A stretch of 64,000 nucleotides of DNA from Leptospira biflexa (GTDB lineage Bacteria > Spirochaetota > Leptospiria > Turneriellales > DYLW01): assembly GCA_020720785.1 (NCBI GenBank), contig DYOA01000009.1, positions 844-64,843 on the forward strand, in the 5' to 3' direction. Below are positions 10,246 through 19,855 of this stretch, piece after piece (the first letter of the stretch is position 1; each line of letters starts with the position of its first letter). Position numbers and translations under genes: made by a program. The notes under the pieces were generated by a model, which worked only from the letters and a program-made list of their open reading frames with translations, searched no databases and was not told the DNA's origin.

Positions 10246-11372
10246 CACAGTATGATTTCCATATTATTCTACGGTTTTTTTACCGTTATTCCACAGATAT
10301 GCTGGTCCTGTTTCAATCCGGTAAAATTTTGGGTTATCTTCTGAAGGGTGACGTGGAGGAAATCCTGAGTGATCTGTCCATATCCCAGGCCAGCATGGAC
10401 GAAATTCCGCATAAACCATTTTCCGGGACCACAGAACTGATTCACCTTTTTGAAAAATACGCCGTGGAAGTGGAAGGAAAAAAGGTGGTTCCGTCGCTGA
10501 ACAGCCGCATGGAATTCTCTTCGCTTTGGGAACTGGGCGATCTGATTAAATCTTTTGAGGCGGTACCATCGGTCAAAGAATGGAAACCACCTCTGGCCAG
10601 CGAACGCTTCCAGTCCCGGATAGGAACCGTCGAATCCCCCTCCCCGCAGGAAAGGATTCTGGAAATTTCTGTGGATACCAGCTACAGAAACTGGAAAATG
10701 GAAAAAAATCCCCACCACGTAGAGTCAACCATATCGGAGAAGAAATTGCTGCAGGAAGAAAAAATTCCTGAATCTGCAGATAACCTTCCGGAGGATTTTG
10801 AAAGAAATGTATCCATTTATACCCTGGAGGCATTGCCTGTCCCCATGCTGGCGGTGACAAAAAAGGGAGATATTATATTTCAGAATCAGGAATGGAAAAA
10901 TCTTTTTGATGTATTAAAAAGCCGGTATTCCATCCGTGGTCTTCTGGAAAAATCCAAAGATGAAATGGCCCGCATGGCCTATGAGGGGACATTTGACAGA
11001 GAAAGCATCGTTCCCGTTCTGACCATGAAAGAGCACATCATCAATTGTCGGCCCATAATCTCGGCAACCCTGGGGCGGTCTTATGGCTATCTGTTCTGGA
11101 TGGAAAAAAGATCCCCGGTTTCCGGAAAGGACCATTCTCCGGAGCATAAAAACCCTCTGCCCATGGATTCCGGGAAGGAGGATAGCCCCCCACAGGCAAA
11201 AAAATACCTGGGATTTACCCTGAACGAGATACTGGAAGAAGAGGAGAGGAAAGTGCTTTTATGGGCATTTGAGGAAGCCTCCGGCAACTTTTCCAACGCA
11301 GCCATGCTTCTGGGCATTCCCCGCCAGACTTTCACCTATCGCTATAATAAATATTTCCGGTCCGGGAAATAA
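10242..11372 (+). CDS. Putative regulator with PAS-like region and C-terminal Fis-type HTH
   Basis: LEALPVPMLAVTKKGDIIFQN (PAS-like); TLNEILEEEERKVL...ASGNFSNAAMLLGIPRQTF (HTH_8). Confidence 0.75.
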   Translation: MTQYDFHIILRFFYRYSTDMLVLFQSGKILGYLLKGDVEEILSDLSISQASMDEIPHKPFSGTTELIHLFEKYAVEVEGKKVVPSLNSRMEFSSLWELGDLIKSFEAVPSVKEWKPPLASERFQSRIGTVESPSPQERILEISVDTSYRNWKMEKNPHHVESTISEKKLLQEEKIPESADNLPEDFERNVSIYTLEALPVPMLAVTKKGDIIFQNQEWKNLFDVLKSRYSIRGLLEKSKDEMARMAYEGTFDRESIVPVLTMKEHIINCRPIISATLGRSYGYLFWMEKRSPVSGKDHSPEHKNPLPMDSGKEDSPPQAKKYLGFTLNEILEEEERKVLLWAFEEASGNFSNAAMLLGIPRQTFTYRYNKYFRSGK

Positions 11373-11995
11373 TGAAACATCCAGAGTCTTTTTTTGCACG
11401 GAAATTATTCCACTCATTTTTTTTACTGATACCGCTGCTGTATTTCCATGGCATCTGTCCCCGCTTTTCTTTCTGTGGGGGAATGGATGACCGGTATTTC
11501 TTTTCAGGTATTTTCTTTTTTACATTTCTTCTCCATCTGGCATGGGAGCTGGGTAGAAAAAAATTCTCCTTTTTAAATGTGTTATACAACCATACCGCTG
11601 GCTATTTCTTAAAATCCGGGGAGAAGGAAAAGCTTCCCGGCAGCCTGTGGTTATTATTATCCATATCTGTTACCATTGCCATTTTCCCGCCGGAAATTGC
11701 GGTTTTATCTCTGATTGCATCACTGGCGGGGGATCCGGTGGCTGCGGTCGTAGGCAAGGTTTTTCCCGTTTTCCGCTTTTCCTGGGGAAAATCTGTGGGA
11801 GGATTTCTGGGCGGAGTTCTGGTCTCCCTGGCTTTATCCGTTTTGCTGGAATCCAGGATTCCCACGTACGCTAAATTCCTGGTGTATTCTCTGGTTTTTC
11901 TAATGGAAACTCTGCCGATGAAGCTGGATGATAATCTGTATCTTGCTTTTTTATCCGGCAGCTTGTTCTGGCTGTCCCATTTATTTCTTGACTGA
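11372..11995 (+). CDS. Polyprenol/diacylglycerol kinase family (CTP_transf_1-like) membrane protein
   Basis: RKLFH, GDPVAAVVGK, KSVGG, DDNL motifs; multi-TM. Confidence 0.82.
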   Translation: MKHPESFFARKLFHSFFLLIPLLYFHGICPRFSFCGGMDDRYFFSGIFFFTFLLHLAWELGRKKFSFLNVLYNHTAGYFLKSGEKEKLPGSLWLLLSISVTIAIFPPEIAVLSLIASLAGDPVAAVVGKVFPVFRFSWGKSVGGFLGGVLVSLALSVLLESRIPTYAKFLVYSLVFLMETLPMKLDDNLYLAFLSGSLFWLSHLFLD

Positions 11996-12020
11996 GGAAA
12001 AGCATCCTTCAGAGGAATGC

Positions 12021-13088
12021 ATGGAATTGGTTGATACTCATGAAATCACACTGGAGCCTCTTTTGTATCGGAAGCCGGCGTTTGATTTGCCTCTGGGAAT
12101 ATTTTCTTCTCTGGAAAGGTGTGCTCTGGAAAAAACGAAAAAAATTACCATCTGCTACAATCGTGCAATAACCCCAAAGGGGAAGAATTTTTTTGCGGCC
12201 TATATTGCTTACAAAAAAGATTTTCTGGCGTTGAACCCCGGAATGCTTCCGTTGAATCTATCCTCTTTGGAAATAACCTTGCAGGAGAACTGCGGGGTCA
12301 CTCCGGAACCCATGACCCCTGCGGAAATCCTCCAACGTTTTCCGGAAGAGATCACCCATGATCTGCGTTTTCTGAACCGGGATGATTTTTTGAAGGATTT
12401 CCATTTTTCCTGGAAGGGTAATCCCCGTGATATCTATATCCATCCATCGGCGGAGGTGGATCCTCCGGTGTTTATCAATGCGGAGGATGGTCCGGTGGTT
12501 CTGGACGCCGGGGTTAAAGTGAGTGCATTTTCCTATCTCAAGGGGCCTTTATACATCGGACAGAAATCCCATATGGATCATGTTACCCTGGAATCCAGCC
12601 GCATAGGGATGCAAAATCGGCTGGGCGGAGAGGTGGCGGATTCCTGGTTTGGCAATTTCTCCAACAAACACCATGAGGGATTTGTGGGGCACTCCATTGT
12701 GGGGGATTGGGTGAATCTGGGTGCACTGACCACCACATCCGATCTGAAAAATAATTATGGAAAGATCCGCCTGGAATACAACGGGAAGAAGCTGGATACC
12801 GGAGAAATAAAATTCGGGAGTATTATTGGAGATTTTGTGAAAACATCCATTGGGACCATGCTGAATACCGGCACCATAATTTCTCCCGGATCCTTGATAA
12901 TGGGCGGTTCATCGGAGCGTAAATATTACCCGCCATTTTTCTGGGGGGCCGTATCAGGGGGAACATACCGGCTGGATAAATTTCTGGCAGATACGGAAAA
13001 AATCATGGCAAGGCGGGACCAAAGCCTGCACCCGCTGGAGAGGCTGGCCATAGAAAGCATACATCCGGAGGGAGGAAAAAAAATTTGA
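12021..13088 (+). CDS. GlmU-related putative sugar nucleotidyltransferase/acyltransferase with hexapeptide repeats
   Basis: GGEVADS...SNKHHEGFVGHSIVGDWVNLGALTTTSDLKNNYG...GDFVKTSIGTMLNTG. Confidence 0.8.
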   Translation: MELVDTHEITLEPLLYRKPAFDLPLGIFSSLERCALEKTKKITICYNRAITPKGKNFFAAYIAYKKDFLALNPGMLPLNLSSLEITLQENCGVTPEPMTPAEILQRFPEEITHDLRFLNRDDFLKDFHFSWKGNPRDIYIHPSAEVDPPVFINAEDGPVVLDAGVKVSAFSYLKGPLYIGQKSHMDHVTLESSRIGMQNRLGGEVADSWFGNFSNKHHEGFVGHSIVGDWVNLGALTTTSDLKNNYGKIRLEYNGKKLDTGEIKFGSIIGDFVKTSIGTMLNTGTIISPGSLIMGGSSERKYYPPFFWGAVSGGTYRLDKFLADTEKIMARRDQSLHPLERLAIESIHPEGGKKI

Positions 13089-13942
13089 AATGTTATCTCT
13101 GCGGGGGGGATCTCTCCCTTCAATATAAAAAGTACTCTCCGGTGACACGGAAGGAATACACCATTTTTGCCTGTGAAAAATGCGGTCTCTGGCAGTTGAA
13201 TCCTCCACCCCGGGGTGACCTGGCGAATATTTACGAGGAAAATTATTTCCACCAGAGAACCGAACGGGGTTACGCGGATTATGAAAGTCAAAAAGTAAAA
13301 TCCAGCATTGAGAATACTCTGGGTAAAAACCTGCGGGATTTACAGTTTGAAACCTGGGAGAAAGACCTTCTGGTGAAGGAGGAAAAACCGCGTGCTCTGG
13401 ACATTGGTTGTGCTGCCGGATATTTTGTATCCCATCTGAAAGAACGGGGCTGGGCCTCCCGGGGTATTGAAATTTCTTCCGTGATGGCCGCCGCCGCACG
13501 TAAAAACCACTTGGACGTGATCCACGGGGATTTTTTGAAAACCCCCATGCAGACAGAATCCTTGGATTTGGTGACCATGTGGGCCACCATTGAACACCTG
13601 GAAGACCCCATGGCTTTTCTGGAAAAAATCCACGCCATTTTAAAAACCGGCGGCCACTTGATTCTTTCCACCTGTCATCAGGGATTTTTTGCAAAAATCA
13701 GAAAAGAAAAATGGCGGTATCTGAACGTTCCGGAGCATATTTATTATTTCAAAAAATCCCATCTCCGGGTTATGGCGAAAAAAGCCGGATTTGTTTTGTC
13801 CCGCTCGTTTACATACGGCTCCGGTTTCACAGCAAAGGATTCTGCACCCTGGTATTATAAGTTTATCAAATACCTTTGCGACCGGTGTGCCCGCCATTTT
13901 CATTCCGGCGATATGATTGTTATGGACTATATCAAGAATTAA
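13085..13942 (+). CDS. Class I SAM-dependent methyltransferase with N-terminal Cys zinc ribbon (TTG start)
   Basis: CxxC...CxxC, LDIGCAAG, IEHLEDP, LKTGG, PEHIYYF. Confidence 0.88.
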   Translation: MKCYLCGGDLSLQYKKYSPVTRKEYTIFACEKCGLWQLNPPPRGDLANIYEENYFHQRTERGYADYESQKVKSSIENTLGKNLRDLQFETWEKDLLVKEEKPRALDIGCAAGYFVSHLKERGWASRGIEISSVMAAAARKNHLDVIHGDFLKTPMQTESLDLVTMWATIEHLEDPMAFLEKIHAILKTGGHLILSTCHQGFFAKIRKEKWRYLNVPEHIYYFKKSHLRVMAKKAGFVLSRSFTYGSGFTAKDSAPWYYKFIKYLCDRCARHFHSGDMIVMDYIKN

Positions 13943-15075
13943 GACCGGGCTGGGAGCAACGACAGCGAGCCCAGGTATTGGGCGGCATCCCGGATTTCCT
14001 CTCCGGTGGGATATGTTTTTTCCCTGTCCGGATCTTTCACAAGCTGGATTTTTGTGGCGTCCGGAAAATATTTCCCCAGAGTGGCAAAACTCCGTGAGAG
14101 GGATGTATCGGACAGCTTTACTTCAAAAAGATGGGTAATTTTATTTTCCATAAATACGGCAAAATCCACCTCTTTTTTTTCTTTATTCCTCAGGTAGAAT
14201 AATTGACCTTTGTATCCTTCCGTGTCCTGTATATAATCCAGCTCTTTGTGCAGGGATGTCGCCACTGCATTTTCCAGGCGGGCTGCGGTGTCACCCTCCA
14301 CCGCTCCGGTATCATAGAAATAGTATTTGGGTTCCTTGAGAATGGCCCGTCCGATATTCCGGGAAAACGGACGCACGGAAAAGACAACATACATTTCCTC
14401 CAGAATGCCCAGATAGCGTTTCACTGTCTTTGCGTCTTTCTCCAGATCCCGTGCAAGGGATGCATAGGAAACCGGCGAACCCACCCTATGCCGCAGCATT
14501 TCAGTGAGGGTTTCCATCGCCAGAATATCCGCTGCCGTCCCCAGATCCAGTAAGTCCTGCCGCAGGATAATATCCTGGTGAGAAATTCTCCATCGGCGGT
14601 AGAAAGAGTCTGAATTTTCCAGAAATGGCTCAGGAAAACCACCCACCCGCAGTATCCGTTCCAATGCTTCCTTTGCCGGCATGAGGGAGGTGGCTTCTTT
14701 CACGTCAATGGGGTGGAGCCGGAAGGGAAAAAAACGACCAGCTAGGGAGTCACCCATTTTTCTGGAAATATTGAGGCGGGCACTGCCGGTGACAATGATG
14801 GGGGGGATATTCTTATCCGCGTCATATATCCCCTTCAGGAAAGATTTCCATTTTCGCATTTTATGCAACTCATCAAAGATGATGAGTTCTTTTTTCCTGT
14901 CCCATGCCCGGTCTTTGAGGATTAACCTGTCCGATGGGATATCATAATTCAGATAATCATATTGCGGATAGAGCATTCTTGTGAGTGTGGTTTTTCCGCT
15001 TTGCCGGGGACCGGAAAGAAGAATCATTTTTCTTTCCAGGGATTTGCGGATATCCGTTATTTGTGTTCTGTGCAT
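13939..15075 (-). CDS. AAA_14 ATPase with DUF4143 and C-terminal PD-(D/E)XK-like motif
   Basis: Walker A GPRQSGKT, Walker B IFDELH, VTGSA, SLAGR, GGFPE, KYYFYDTG, EVDF...FEVK. Confidence 0.9.
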   Translation of the reverse strand: MHRTQITDIRKSLERKMILLSGPRQSGKTTLTRMLYPQYDYLNYDIPSDRLILKDRAWDRKKELIIFDELHKMRKWKSFLKGIYDADKNIPPIIVTGSARLNISRKMGDSLAGRFFPFRLHPIDVKEATSLMPAKEALERILRVGGFPEPFLENSDSFYRRWRISHQDIILRQDLLDLGTAADILAMETLTEMLRHRVGSPVSYASLARDLEKDAKTVKRYLGILEEMYVVFSVRPFSRNIGRAILKEPKYYFYDTGAVEGDTAARLENAVATSLHKELDYIQDTEGYKGQLFYLRNKEKKEVDFAVFMENKITHLFEVKLSDTSLSRSFATLGKYFPDATKIQLVKDPDREKTYPTGEEIRDAAQYLGSLSLLPARS

Positions 15076-15083
15076 GGCATTAA

Positions 15084-15179
15084 CCCCCGTTGATGACCCC
15101 AAAGGGGGTAATTTTCATGGCGTTGCGGAATGTCCTCCCTGGCCATTGTCCCCCATTAATGACCATAATGGGGTTAATT
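15084..15179. repeat. Two 30-bp imperfect palindromic direct repeats separated by 36 bp
   Basis: 15084-15113 CCCCCGTTGATGACCCCAAAGGGGGTAATT vs 15150-15179 CCCCCATTAATGACCATAATGGGGTTAATT; 24/30 identical by hand alignment. Confidence 0.75.
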
Positions 15180-15374
15180 CCCGTTTGGTCAAGTCTTTTC
15201 GGGATATAAGTTCATAATATAATGACTATACAGGATATTAATCCGGAATAGTCGCGACTAATCGGGAATTTGCTCCTGAAAAGTTGTATTTTTTGTGCCG
15301 ACCTGCCACACACCGGATTTATCCAATGAATACTTTTTTACTTATTTATGTCAGATATGTGCCGATTATATATC

Positions 15375-16223
15375 ATGCAGATATTCGTGAACAGCCAGCC
15401 TCTGGATTATGAACTGGATAAACCAGTCACCCTGAGCGAGATCATTGAAAATGTCCAGGAGTGGGCACAGAAAAGCAACATGTTTATTCTGGATTACTCT
15501 GTGGTTTCCCGTGAAAATGCACCAGCTCCACTAACTTCAAATGAGATTGATAAAATTGATATTGCTATTGGTAACAGTGATGACGTGATCCAAAAAAATA
15601 TAATTGCCTTGAATGAATATATTGATAAAATGGGGGCTTTTCTGGCCAGTAATCCATTTCTGGAAAAATTAAGCGGGGAAAATTACCGGCTTGTGAAAGA
15701 AGGTCTGGATTACATTAAGGAAGCTCTGTCCCAACTTAGGGAAAAAGTCCAGTCTGATGTTTCCCTGGAAAAAGCCATTGATGTGCTGGAAAAAGAACCC
15801 AATGATCTGGAAATTGGGGAGATTATTGCAGCACTGGCATCCGCACGGAACCATACCATGCTCTGGAAAAAACAGTATGAGTATATTCGTCTGACAGAAA
15901 ATGAGCTGGATGAGAAAAAATCGGAATTTTTGGATAAAATCCCGGAATTTATATCACAATTGGATAACATTGCCCAGGATTTAACCACCGGGGAAACCTC
16001 AAAAGCGGTTACGGAACTGGAGAAGTGGATGGTCCATATATCAGAAGGCCTGAATATTCTGACTGTCACCGGTTTTCACCTGGAAAAAGTGGGGAGCATG
16101 ATGAAGCTGTTGAATAATCTGACCGATGCGTTATTTGATAATGATCTGGTCACCGCTGCAGATATTGTGGATTTTGATATTAGGGAAGAGCTGGAGCAAA
16201 TTGCCGAACTCGCCCAAAATTAA
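15375..16223 (+). CDS. Hypothetical acidic helical protein
   Basis: Long ORF with C-terminal DLVTAADIVDFDI pattern; convergent with fliR. Confidence 0.7.
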   Translation: MQIFVNSQPLDYELDKPVTLSEIIENVQEWAQKSNMFILDYSVVSRENAPAPLTSNEIDKIDIAIGNSDDVIQKNIIALNEYIDKMGAFLASNPFLEKLSGENYRLVKEGLDYIKEALSQLREKVQSDVSLEKAIDVLEKEPNDLEIGEIIAALASARNHTMLWKKQYEYIRLTENELDEKKSEFLDKIPEFISQLDNIAQDLTTGETSKAVTELEKWMVHISEGLNILTVTGFHLEKVGSMMKLLNNLTDALFDNDLVTAADIVDFDIREELEQIAELAQN

Positions 16224-17002
16224 ATAATTCCTGTCTCAATGAGAGTGTCAATCTGGTTGAAGAATATGTCCAGTTGATCCTGCATTAAGTGAATAAATAC
16301 CGGAGCGATTCCCGCAATTACAATAAAGCCAATCAGGATTTTTATGGGGAAACCCAGCATCAAAATATTCATCTGCGGTGCGGTTTTGGAGAGAAGTCCC
16401 AGGGTCAGGGAGACCATGAATAAAGTGCCCATTACCGGCAGAGCTATTTTCAGTGCAATGAGAAACATGGCCGATGTCAGTAATATTAAATATTCTATCA
16501 CGCCATCCGCGTGAGCAGAAATTTCCTTTTGTATATACGGGGTTTTTTCAATGGAATATACCACTGCTTTGATTAAAAGAAGATGGGAGCCGCTGATCAG
16601 AAACACATAAACGGCCATCATGTTTTTTATAGTTCCCATCAAAGGCAGGGATATCTGGGAAAGTGGGTCAAAAACCTCACTGATACCAAAACCCATCTGG
16701 ACGGAAAAAAATTCTCCGGCCATCTGGAACGCTCCAAAAAGCACCTGGAGACTGAATCCAATCAACAGTCCAATGAATATCTGCTGGGCAATGAGGATAA
16801 AATACTGATTCTGGATTTTATCATAAAACTCTGGCGATGGAGTAAGAACGGGAAGAATCATGGAGGAAACCAGAAAGGAAAGGGCAACCCGGTAAAAAAA
16901 AGAAAAGCTCTGTCCGCTGAACAAAGGAGCCACGCTCATCATGGCCAGCAACCGGGAGAAGTAGAGAGAAAATTCCTGAAAACGCAGAAAAAAATATTCC
17001 AT
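16220..17002 (-). CDS. fliR: Flagellar biosynthetic protein FliR
   Basis: AGEFFSVQMGFG, KTAPQMNILMLGFPIK; multi-TM; follows fliQ. Confidence 0.93.
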   Translation of the reverse strand: MEYFFLRFQEFSLYFSRLLAMMSVAPLFSGQSFSFFYRVALSFLVSSMILPVLTPSPEFYDKIQNQYFILIAQQIFIGLLIGFSLQVLFGAFQMAGEFFSVQMGFGISEVFDPLSQISLPLMGTIKNMMAVYVFLISGSHLLLIKAVVYSIEKTPYIQKEISAHADGVIEYLILLTSAMFLIALKIALPVMGTLFMVSLTLGLLSKTAPQMNILMLGFPIKILIGFIVIAGIAPVFIHLMQDQLDIFFNQIDTLIETGII

Positions 17003-17011
17003 ATTTCTCCG

Positions 17012-17275
17012 CTACATCTTTCCAATGACGGAAAATATTTCCCTTGTATAATCCACAAGCGTCTGGATTATCCAAGAAGCAAATATAATGATGGAAACCA
17101 GTATGGCCACCAGTTTGGGCACAAAGGTTAAGGTTTGCTCCTGTATGCTGGTGGTGGTCTGGATGATGGAAATCACCAGGCCCACAACCATACCAATGAT
17201 AAGCATGGGGGCGGATAATTTAATGGTTATCCAGATTGCCTCCCGGAAAAGTGTTACCACATCTGCTTCTGTCAT
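17012..17275 (-). CDS. fliQ: Flagellar biosynthetic protein FliQ
   Basis: GLVISIIQTTTSIQEQTLTFVPK. Confidence 0.95.
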   Translation of the reverse strand: MTEADVVTLFREAIWITIKLSAPMLIIGMVVGLVISIIQTTTSIQEQTLTFVPKLVAILVSIIIFASWIIQTLVDYTREIFSVIGKM

Positions 17276-17277
17276 AT

Positions 17278-18054
17278 CTACCCGTAACTTTTCACCAGCT
17301 CATAGGTCATTAAAGTCCAGCCGTCCACCAGGACAAAGAGGATAATTTTGAACGGCAGACTGATCATTACCGGTGGTAGCATAATCATACCCATGGACAT
17401 CAGGGTACTGGCCACCACCATATCAATCACCAGAAAGGGGATAAAAATATAAATACCAATAATAAAAGCCTTCTTAATCTCTGTGAGCATGAAAGCCGGA
17501 ATCAATACATGCATGGGGACTTCATTGAAATTTTTGGGTCTCTTTTCCTTGCTGATTTTCAGAAAAAGGGCAATTTCCGGAATGCCTTCCCGCCCGATTT
17601 GTTTGATCATGAATTTTTTCAGCGGAGCTCCCGCTTTCTGGAAGAAATCCGTTGTTTTCATCTTGCCTTCCAGATATGGGGACAGGGCATCCTTATTTAT
17701 GGCATCAAAGGTGGGAGCCATAATAAAAAAAGTTAAAAACAATGCAAGAGAAACCGTCACCTGGTTGGGGGGCATATTCTGGAGAGATAAGGCTCTTTTT
17801 ATAAAATCAAAGACAATGACAATCTTTGTAAAAGAAGTCAGCATAAGAATGATGGCAGGAGCCATGCTTAACAGAGTCAGCAGTAAAAGAATCTGCAAAG
17901 AGAGAGCCACTTCTTTGGGGCCTTTTGCCTGGGTTATATTAAAATCTATTTTGGGAATGGGGACTTCCTGTGCATATAATGCTACACCGGTCAGAAAAAG
18001 CCCCGTTATCAGAAACAACCGGAACACAGGAAAGAAATGCTTTTTATTGTTCAT
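17278..18054 (-). CDS. fliP: Flagellar export pore protein FliP
   Basis: LTSFTKIVIV, PPNQV, PFLVIDMVVAS, GMIMLPP, LPFKIILFVLVDGW. Confidence 0.96.
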   Translation of the reverse strand: MNNKKHFFPVFRLFLITGLFLTGVALYAQEVPIPKIDFNITQAKGPKEVALSLQILLLLTLLSMAPAIILMLTSFTKIVIVFDFIKRALSLQNMPPNQVTVSLALFLTFFIMAPTFDAINKDALSPYLEGKMKTTDFFQKAGAPLKKFMIKQIGREGIPEIALFLKISKEKRPKNFNEVPMHVLIPAFMLTEIKKAFIIGIYIFIPFLVIDMVVASTLMSMGMIMLPPVMISLPFKIILFVLVDGWTLMTYELVKSYG

Positions 18055-18889
18055 TTTTTCCCTTATCATCGATGGAGGATGCATCTGTATAAAAGTCATT
18101 TTTCCCATTACGGAGAATATCTATATGCCCCCGGACATTGTTTCTGGAATGATTGAGATTTCCATTGGAGAATGGGGATTCCATGGGGGGAAATGATGGT
18201 TTTTTTCCGGAAAAGCCGTTGATTTTTTCCTTGACCAGATTTGTCAGTTCCAGTAAAAAATCTGCCCGTGGAATTTTCCCTTCTTTTTCTATGTCCATTT
18301 TTATTTGTGAAATGTAATCATTGTCGTGTATTTCCGAAATAAGCTGAACGCCGGCATCGCTCACTGCCAGAAAAAACATCCTGCCGGAAATCTGCACAAT
18401 CTGGAGATTTCTTCCCGGCATCAGGGGATAAGAATACAGAATTTTCACCACATCGGCCCCGGAAATCTCCAGGCTCTGCCGGAATTTAAAAATCCTGAAT
18501 ACCCCATAAAAAATGCCCAGTAGAAATCCCAGAACCAGGAGAGTCTTGAAAAACTGGAAAAACCATGACGACTTTTCTTCCTCCATACCAGGACGTCCTT
18601 TCATTTCTTTTTCCAGAAGATCAGAAAAATCGTCATCTGTGGCGGTTTTATTTGATTCTGTTTTTCCCGGTTCCGTGGGTTTCTCTGTATCCGGAACCGG
18701 GTTTTCCATCTCCTGAGCGGGTTGTGCTATGGTTTGTTCATTGTTCTGGTTGGTGGCCTTTGTATCCTGGCTCCAGAGATATACATTTAAGGTCAGGACA
18801 AAAACAAGGACACAACCAAAGGCCGGGGAGAAGAATTTCCATTTTGCTTTTAGCCGGGAATGTTTCATGGATATTGCAATATGTGACAT
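18044..18889 (-). CDS. fliO: Flagellar biosynthetic protein FliO/FliZ
   Basis: TM followed by PLMPGRNLQIVQISGRMFFLAVSDAGVQLISEI; directly upstream of fliP. Confidence 0.8.
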   Translation of the reverse strand: MSHIAISMKHSRLKAKWKFFSPAFGCVLVFVLTLNVYLWSQDTKATNQNNEQTIAQPAQEMENPVPDTEKPTEPGKTESNKTATDDDFSDLLEKEMKGRPGMEEEKSSWFFQFFKTLLVLGFLLGIFYGVFRIFKFRQSLEISGADVVKILYSYPLMPGRNLQIVQISGRMFFLAVSDAGVQLISEIHDNDYISQIKMDIEKEGKIPRADFLLELTNLVKEKINGFSGKKPSFPPMESPFSNGNLNHSRNNVRGHIDILRNGKNDFYTDASSIDDKGKNEQ

Positions 18890-18970
18890 AATCAGATTTG
18901 CGACGGCATGGCAAGTTTTTTTCTTTACAGGAAGAATCTCCGGTGGAAAACAATAAACACGGAAATCGAC

Positions 18971-19843
18971 ATGGAAGATAAGAAAATTTCATACCGGGCA
19001 AAAACAGATACTGTCTGTCCCATTTGTGGAGAAAAGCATACCAGAGAAGAAATGTTCTCCGGTGGAGGCAGATTGATAGCCGGAAAAGTAAACACAGAGC
19101 TGCGCATGCTCTGGGCGGAAAATAAAAAATGGGGTAAAATATGTCCTCTTTTTTATACTTTGGATGTTTGTCCTTCCTGTTTTTATGCTGCTTATCCCAA
19201 AGACTTTAACAGCGTGGACCCGGATGAACAAACCGCTCTCCGGGCAACCATGGGACACAGAAAAGAATTAATATCCACCCTTTTTGGGCCCGTGGATTTC
19301 CATCATGACCGGGATTTAATCACCGGAGTGGCTTCTTATGTCATGGCTGTGGATTGTTACTATCTGCGTAATGCCAAGCTGGGACCCACTCCCAAAAAAG
19401 CTGTTCTTTCTCTCCGGGCGGCCTGGCTCCTGGAGGATTTGTTTGCGGTGGCCCCTTACCGTCCTTATGATAAGGTGAGTGCATTTTATAAAAAAGAGTC
19501 AGCCACCAATTATATGAAAACTCTGGAGTTGATGCAGACCGGCGATGAGCCCATTGAAGAAATGGCAGGATATTTGGGGCCGGGAGCGGATAAAAACTGG
19601 GGTTTTGACGGGGTTATATTTTTAAATGCTTCTCTGACCCTTCACTATATTGATGAGATGGCAAATACGGTAAAAGGGAAAAGCGATATTCTGGAAAAGA
19701 CAAAAAGGTATTTAAGCAAACTCTATGGTTCCGGAAAAGCCAGTAAATCCAAGCCGGGTATGATTGTGGATATGGCCAAAGATCTTTATGATGAAATCGG
19801 TGCAAGGATTGAGGAGTACCAGAAACAACTTTCGCACGGCTGA
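18971..19843 (+). CDS. DUF2225 domain protein
   Basis: CPIC...SGGGRLIAG...VCPSCFYAAY, LRAAWL. Confidence 0.8.
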   Translation: MEDKKISYRAKTDTVCPICGEKHTREEMFSGGGRLIAGKVNTELRMLWAENKKWGKICPLFYTLDVCPSCFYAAYPKDFNSVDPDEQTALRATMGHRKELISTLFGPVDFHHDRDLITGVASYVMAVDCYYLRNAKLGPTPKKAVLSLRAAWLLEDLFAVAPYRPYDKVSAFYKKESATNYMKTLELMQTGDEPIEEMAGYLGPGADKNWGFDGVIFLNASLTLHYIDEMANTVKGKSDILEKTKRYLSKLYGSGKASKSKPGMIVDMAKDLYDEIGARIEEYQKQLSHG

Positions 19844-19855
19844 GTTCCTTATATC

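Noticed and set aside
15084..15179. Calling the repeat pair a CRISPR array
   Set aside because: Only two clear, divergent repeats and no cas genes; reported as a repeat instead
18905..18925. Sigma54-like TGGCAAG-N4-TTTCT upstream of DUF2225
   Set aside because: The -12 GC is not conserved; too weak
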